The notes under the pieces were generated by a model. The model worked only from the letters and a program-made list of their open reading frames with translations, was not told the DNA's origin and did not search any database. 64,000 nt of DNA from Promethearchaeota archaeon. GTDB lineage: Archaea; Asgardarchaeota; Lokiarchaeia; Sigyniarchaeales; SOKP01. This document shows, in pieces, positions 59,931 to 64,000 of the stretch. Numbering within the stretch: position 1 is the stretch's first letter; every line of letters begins with the position of its first letter. The position numbers were made by a program, and so were the translations under genes. The stretch spans positions 288,001 to 352,000 of the forward strand of contig JAEOUA010000010.1 of NCBI GenBank assembly GCA_016839555.1, in the 5' to 3' direction.

Positions 59931-60686
59931 CTATTTTATTTTTTTCATTAATTCAGTAAAAATTTCACCTGCTTTCCCTTGCAACACAATATCTGCTAAA
60001 TCATCCATAATGGTGGATTCATTATTAATAAAAATGATTTTTGAGCCGCTTTCTTTTGCAATTAAAGGTACTGAATTTGCTGGACTTACTAGCAAGGAGC
60101 TCCCCACCATAATTAGGCAATTTGCTTTTCTGACAGCATTAAGTGCAGCGTTCAAGACACCTAATGGTAAAGATTCACCAAAAAGAATCACTTTAGGTTT
60201 TATAAACCCAGAACATTTATCGCATACAGGATATTCAACATTTTTGGTATCAACCTCATCTAATTCATATTCTTTCCCGCATTTTATACATTCTAACTTT
60301 TTATATGATCCATGTAATTCGTAGATTGGAATATTTTTATATTTCCCGCTACCCGCTCTTTGATGCAACATATCTACATTTTGTGTTATCACCGCCTTCA
60401 CCTTGCCCATTTTTTCCAGCTCTGCAATAGACTTATGAGCTTCATTTGGTTCAGCATTTTCCAATTGGTCGGTAAGTTCATTATGCATTGTCCAGAATGG
60501 TTTAGGGTTTTCTAAGAAAACATAATAATTTCCATGATAAGAAAGGTCATATTTTGACCAAATTCCACCTTCACTTCGAAAGTCTGGAATACCCGATTCA
60601 GTTGATATACCCGCACCTGAAAATACAACAATGTTTTCTGAATTATTGATTATTTCAGCAGCTTCATTTATTTTTGATTCTGACAT
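59931..60686 (-). CDS. cobB: NAD-dependent protein deacylase (sirtuin)
   Basis: GAGISTESGIPDFR, TQNVD.LH, ELHG, CxxC..CxxC, GSSL.VSPA. Confidence 0.93.
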   Translation of the reverse strand: MSESKINEAAEIINNSENIVVFSGAGISTESGIPDFRSEGGIWSKYDLSYHGNYYVFLENPKPFWTMHNELTDQLENAEPNEAHKSIAELEKMGKVKAVITQNVDMLHQRAGSGKYKNIPIYELHGSYKKLECIKCGKEYELDEVDTKNVEYPVCDKCSGFIKPKVILFGESLPLGVLNAALNAVRKANCLIMVGSSLLVSPANSVPLIAKESGSKIIFINNESTIMDDLADIVLQGKAGEIFTELMKKIK

Positions 60687-60900
60687 TTTTTACCTAAAAT
60701 TATCCATATATGTATATATAAATAAGTTGAAGGTTTTTTATTCATCTCTGTCAATTAAAAATAAAAATGAAAATTAAAATTAATGGTATAAATTTATAAA
60801 AATTAAAAGGAAAATAGTAGATAATCTCTATAGAAAAAAGTTTATCTTGATATCTTTTTTCTTTATTATAAAATAAGTTTTGTATCATAATTTCTTAAAA

Positions 60901-61377
60901 ATGAAAAAAATTGAAAGTATTCTTTTCGTGTGTTTGGGAAACACAGCACGCTCTCCCGCAGCAGAATATTTAGCAAAGCATTATGCACAGAGATATGATC
61001 TTAATCTAAAAATTGAGAGTGCCGGATTCATTAACGCGTTCTCTTATATGCAATCTCAATCAAGATCATATTTAAGTGCTAAAAATATCGATTACTCGGA
61101 TTTTAGACCTCAGATAATAAATTGGAAATTATTAGAAAGAAATGATTTGATAATTACGATGGAGAGGAGCCATAAAGTAGATATACTCAATACTTACGGA
61201 AATATCGATAACATTGAAAATAAGGTGTATACATTGAAAGAGTTTAACGGAGCATCAAAAGATCTGGATATCGTCGATCCTTATTATACCTCTTCTAGAC
61301 TTTATTCCCAAGTTTTAAAGGAAATTGATGAGAATATAGAAAAACTAATTTTCAAAATTAAAAAATTCAATGAATAA
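60901..61377 (+). CDS. Low-molecular-weight protein phosphatase (second paralog)
   Basis: VCLGNTARSPAAE, ESAG, DIVDPY; ATG 60901 preferred. Confidence 0.88.
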   Translation: MKKIESILFVCLGNTARSPAAEYLAKHYAQRYDLNLKIESAGFINAFSYMQSQSRSYLSAKNIDYSDFRPQIINWKLLERNDLIITMERSHKVDILNTYGNIDNIENKVYTLKEFNGASKDLDIVDPYYTSSRLYSQVLKEIDENIEKLIFKIKKFNE

Positions 61378-61397
61378 TAACAAATTTAGAATGTATT

Positions 61398-61916
61398 TTA
61401 CATTCGAATTTCATTTAAAAAATCATCTAAATAAAATAAATTCTCGGTCTCAATTATTTCTTTTAACACATAAGCCAAGGAATATTTAAATGCCCAGACC
61501 TCAACCACCTTCCCTAACTCTTTTAATTTTTTTATTACGGGAAGAAAATCACCATCCCCAGAAACTAAAGCAGCAATATCATATTTATTCTCATAAGCTA
61601 AGGAGATCATATCGATAGCAATTCTTACATCCACTTTTTTTTCAAATACATTATGGGATATTGTTTTATCGAAGCTTGTTTGAATTTGATATCCACTGCG
61701 TTCTCTTAAGTTTTTATACCATTTCTTTTTTTTTCTACTGAGTGGATAAACGATACCTTCATAGAGGAAAATACCTTCTAATCTCCTCTCATTGGCAATA
61801 ATTTTTTTTAATTTTTCATAATCAGCTTTCACTTTGTACTTTTTAAAACCCTTAAAGATATTACTATTATCTAAAAAAATAATGAGCCTCTTCTCTTTTT
61901 GGGCAGTATATTTCAT
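61398..61916 (-). CDS. NYN-domain (LabA/DUF88, PIN-like) protein
   Basis: FLDNSN, EKKVDV.IAIDM, LVSGDGDF. Confidence 0.88.
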   Translation of the reverse strand: MKYTAQKEKRLIIFLDNSNIFKGFKKYKVKADYEKLKKIIANERRLEGIFLYEGIVYPLSRKKKKWYKNLRERSGYQIQTSFDKTISHNVFEKKVDVRIAIDMISLAYENKYDIAALVSGDGDFLPVIKKLKELGKVVEVWAFKYSLAYVLKEIIETENLFYLDDFLNEIRM

Positions 61917-62001
61917 GTTTCTTTCCCTAGATATATTTAATCAAATTATTTATGGCAAATTTCGATTTTATTTTCTTTAAATAAGAATATTATATAAATC
62001 A

Positions 62002-62376
62002 TTATTTCTCCTTCCTCATTTTCAACATCTCAACTATTTTTTCAGTTATAGGAAGAGAATCTAAAAAAATGCTGACAAATTTATATATTGTATCATATTC
62101 TTCATAGTTCTGAAGTTTTTCTTTTTCTTGCTCTAGATTTTTTTTTATTTGACTAAATTCTTTTTTATATTTCAGATAATCTTTAACAGCGGAGAGATAT
62201 GAATTAATAAATCCATTCATTATCGAATTCATAGAATAACGCTTGATTTTTGCGTTTATTCCCTCTTTTTCTTCTATAATTTTTCTTTTCAATAAATCAT
62301 TAAGTTCTTGAGAAATAGTACCTTTAGATAATCCTGTTAATTCTTTTAATTTAATTTGAGTAAGCTCCTTTCGTGT
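62002..62376 (-). pseudogene. 5'-truncated winged-helix (MarR/GbsR-like) regulator
   Basis: The frame extends upstream of the track ORF as TRKELTQIKLKELTGLSKGTISQELNDLLKRKII (HTH), but is preceded by an in-frame TAA at 62377-62379 with no start. Confidence 0.65.
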
Positions 62377-62557
62377 TTACCATTGCAAAAATAAAATATT
62401 GATTTAAATGAAATTTTAAAACTGGACATAAATCATATTTAATCTGATTTATCCTTAAAATCTTAAAATTCTTTAATATTAGATAATTAATCATTACATA
62501 TTATAAAAATGGTTTTTGAAAATAGAATAGAAATATTAAGAATTACGAATTGATGTT

Positions 62558-63703
62558 ATGCAAGATACCACTTTCTCTCTTTCGAAAGCTAACTCGACAA
62601 ACGTCAATATAATAAGAGGCCTTTCAATTCAAATAATTGCAATCTCTCATGGATTGGAAAAAATAGGATTAATAGGGCCTGGAAATATTATAGGTGTTAC
62701 AAGTTTTGATTTTTTAATCTTGATGAGTGGAATGCTTATAGCATACTCCATTTTTAAAAATATGAATAATAAAAATTATGATTTTAAAGAATATTTAGTG
62801 AGTAGATTTTCTAGAATTTATATTTCCGTTTTAACGGTTTATACTATTTTAATTTTTATTGAGTGGATAAATAATTACAATTTTTTGAATCATATTTCCA
62901 CTTTTTTCATGAATATTTTATTATTAAATGGTTCCATAATATATTTTTGGCCATACGGACATAGTCATCATCTATGGGCAATTCCTTTTTTTTGGTGGCA
63001 ATATTTATTCTTTGGATGGTTGCTATTAGGTACAAGAACAACAAAAAAAAAATATTTATATTACATCATCTTAGCATTTTTGAGTTTTATGATGTATCTG
63101 ATCCTTTTTGGTTGGCGAGATGAGGCCAAAATAGTTTATTTAGTTATTTGGTATTTAGGAGCTAATCTCACGTTCCTTATGGCAAGATTATATAAAAAGA
63201 TCAAAGATAAATCAACTATAAATGGAGTTTTAAATGAAGAAAAGCGAATTCAATTGGAAAAAAAAGTCAAATATATTTCATTAATTATGTCAATATTATT
63301 CTTTAGCTTAGCAATAATTAGATCTATAACATTTAAAAGTTTTCTTGATCATTATGAACTATACTATAATGTCTTAATGGCTTGTTCAATATCATTCTTA
63401 TTACTTTTTACACAATATAGTAAGTTTAATTATCCTCAAAAATTTAGAAAAGTCATTAATTTCTTAGCAAGTTATTCTTTTACACTATTTTTAATTCATA
63501 TATCTTTATATTATCTCTTCTTTAACATTAGTACAGATTTAGGGTTTTTTATTATGGTCTATATAATAATAAATATTATATCAATTATTATCGCCTACTT
63601 TACAGAAATGAGATACCATAAGTTTAGAAGCTATTTAATGAAGAAATTCAAATTGGATTCAAAACCTAAAGAGGTTATAAAATCTATCAAAACAACACCT
63701 TAA
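62558..63703 (+). CDS. Acyltransferase-3 (OafA/YrhL-like) membrane protein
   Basis: IRGLS..ISH, MSGMLI, SRFSRIY, HLWAI, SYSFTLFLIH; about 10 TM. Confidence 0.82.
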   Translation: MQDTTFSLSKANSTNVNIIRGLSIQIIAISHGLEKIGLIGPGNIIGVTSFDFLILMSGMLIAYSIFKNMNNKNYDFKEYLVSRFSRIYISVLTVYTILIFIEWINNYNFLNHISTFFMNILLLNGSIIYFWPYGHSHHLWAIPFFWWQYLFFGWLLLGTRTTKKKYLYYIILAFLSFMMYLILFGWRDEAKIVYLVIWYLGANLTFLMARLYKKIKDKSTINGVLNEEKRIQLEKKVKYISLIMSILFFSLAIIRSITFKSFLDHYELYYNVLMACSISFLLLFTQYSKFNYPQKFRKVINFLASYSFTLFLIHISLYYLFFNISTDLGFFIMVYIIINIISIIIAYFTEMRYHKFRSYLMKKFKLDSKPKEVIKSIKTTP

Positions 63704-63767
63704 GAAAGTTATCTTATAAAATTATAAATAGAATTAATTTCATTATATTATTTGTGGGATTATAAAA

Positions 63768-64000
63768 ATGGATGTTGAGGATATTGAGCAATTAAATGAA
63801 GAAATTAAAAACCCCGTGAGCAATATTAAACCATTGAGGGGATTTGAGATTATCGCAGAATCAATGGTGTATATGGTTTATGACATTTTCGGGAGAAATT
63901 TGTTACTTTCCATACTGTATCAAATGGGAGCTGGTCCAGGATACCAAATTGCTGAAAGGCTTAAAAAAGAGTATCAAAAAGAAGAATTTGAGATTTTTGA
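63768..64000 (+). CDS. Partial ORF, V4R/TRAPP-Bet3-like
   Basis: Manual translation MDVEDIEQLNEEIKNP...DIFGRNLLLSILYQMGAGPGYQIAERLKKEY..., open to the window edge. Confidence 0.55.
   Translation, partial: MDVEDIEQLNEEIKNPVSNIKPLRGFEIIAESMVYMVYDIFGRNLLLSILYQMGAGPGYQIAERLKKEYQKEEFEIF

Noticed and set aside
2864-60324. Numerous 60-120 aa track ORFs antisense to or nested in longer genes (e.g. 2864, 6182, 11155, 18038, 19902, 27270, 36642, 40532, 42783, 51632, 60010)
   Set aside because: These are shadow ORFs of well-supported genes with no independent motifs.
59931-61916. Sirtuin, NYN nuclease, macrodomain and UvrD as an anti-phage defence island
   Set aside because: The sirtuin is a canonical Zn-binding deacylase, not a defence SIR2 NADase. 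The macrodomain and UvrD look like housekeeping types, and the genes are not in one operon.

Overview
Very AT-rich, gene-dense archaeal chromosomal DNA that reads as Asgard archaeon, most likely Lokiarchaeia/Promethearchaeota. This is an inference from several eukaryotic-signature-like genes: a gelsolin-domain protein, two Rab-like GTPases, a longin-GTPase fusion and a V4R/Bet3-like partial ORF. No rRNA, tRNA, CRISPR array or transposase was recognised. The best candidate for an undescribed system is a co-oriented minus-strand set of bacterial-type acyl/ether-lipid genes. It consists of an operon (HAD phosphatase, double-domain PlsC acyltransferase, DUF2229 dehydratase-like subunit; 35420-31833), a second dehydratase-like subunit (27895-26702), the ATP-dependent activase (17318-16296) and a catalytically degenerate PlsC (14721-13993). 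Together these resemble a split PlsA/PlsR (plasmalogen) or Ger (glycerol ester reductase) machine coupled to acyltransferases. Other highlights: a vWA + PHD/RING protein with TFIIH p44/p34-like architecture; a gelsolin with a duplicated unknown domain; an acyl-CoA dehydrogenase-rubredoxin fusion; a C-terminal domain shared by two coiled-coil proteins; a G9-tract frameshift; a ~115-bp duplicated promoter segment; gene remnants; unannotated small ORFs; and palindromes. All family calls come from motif recognition by eye, with no database searches run.
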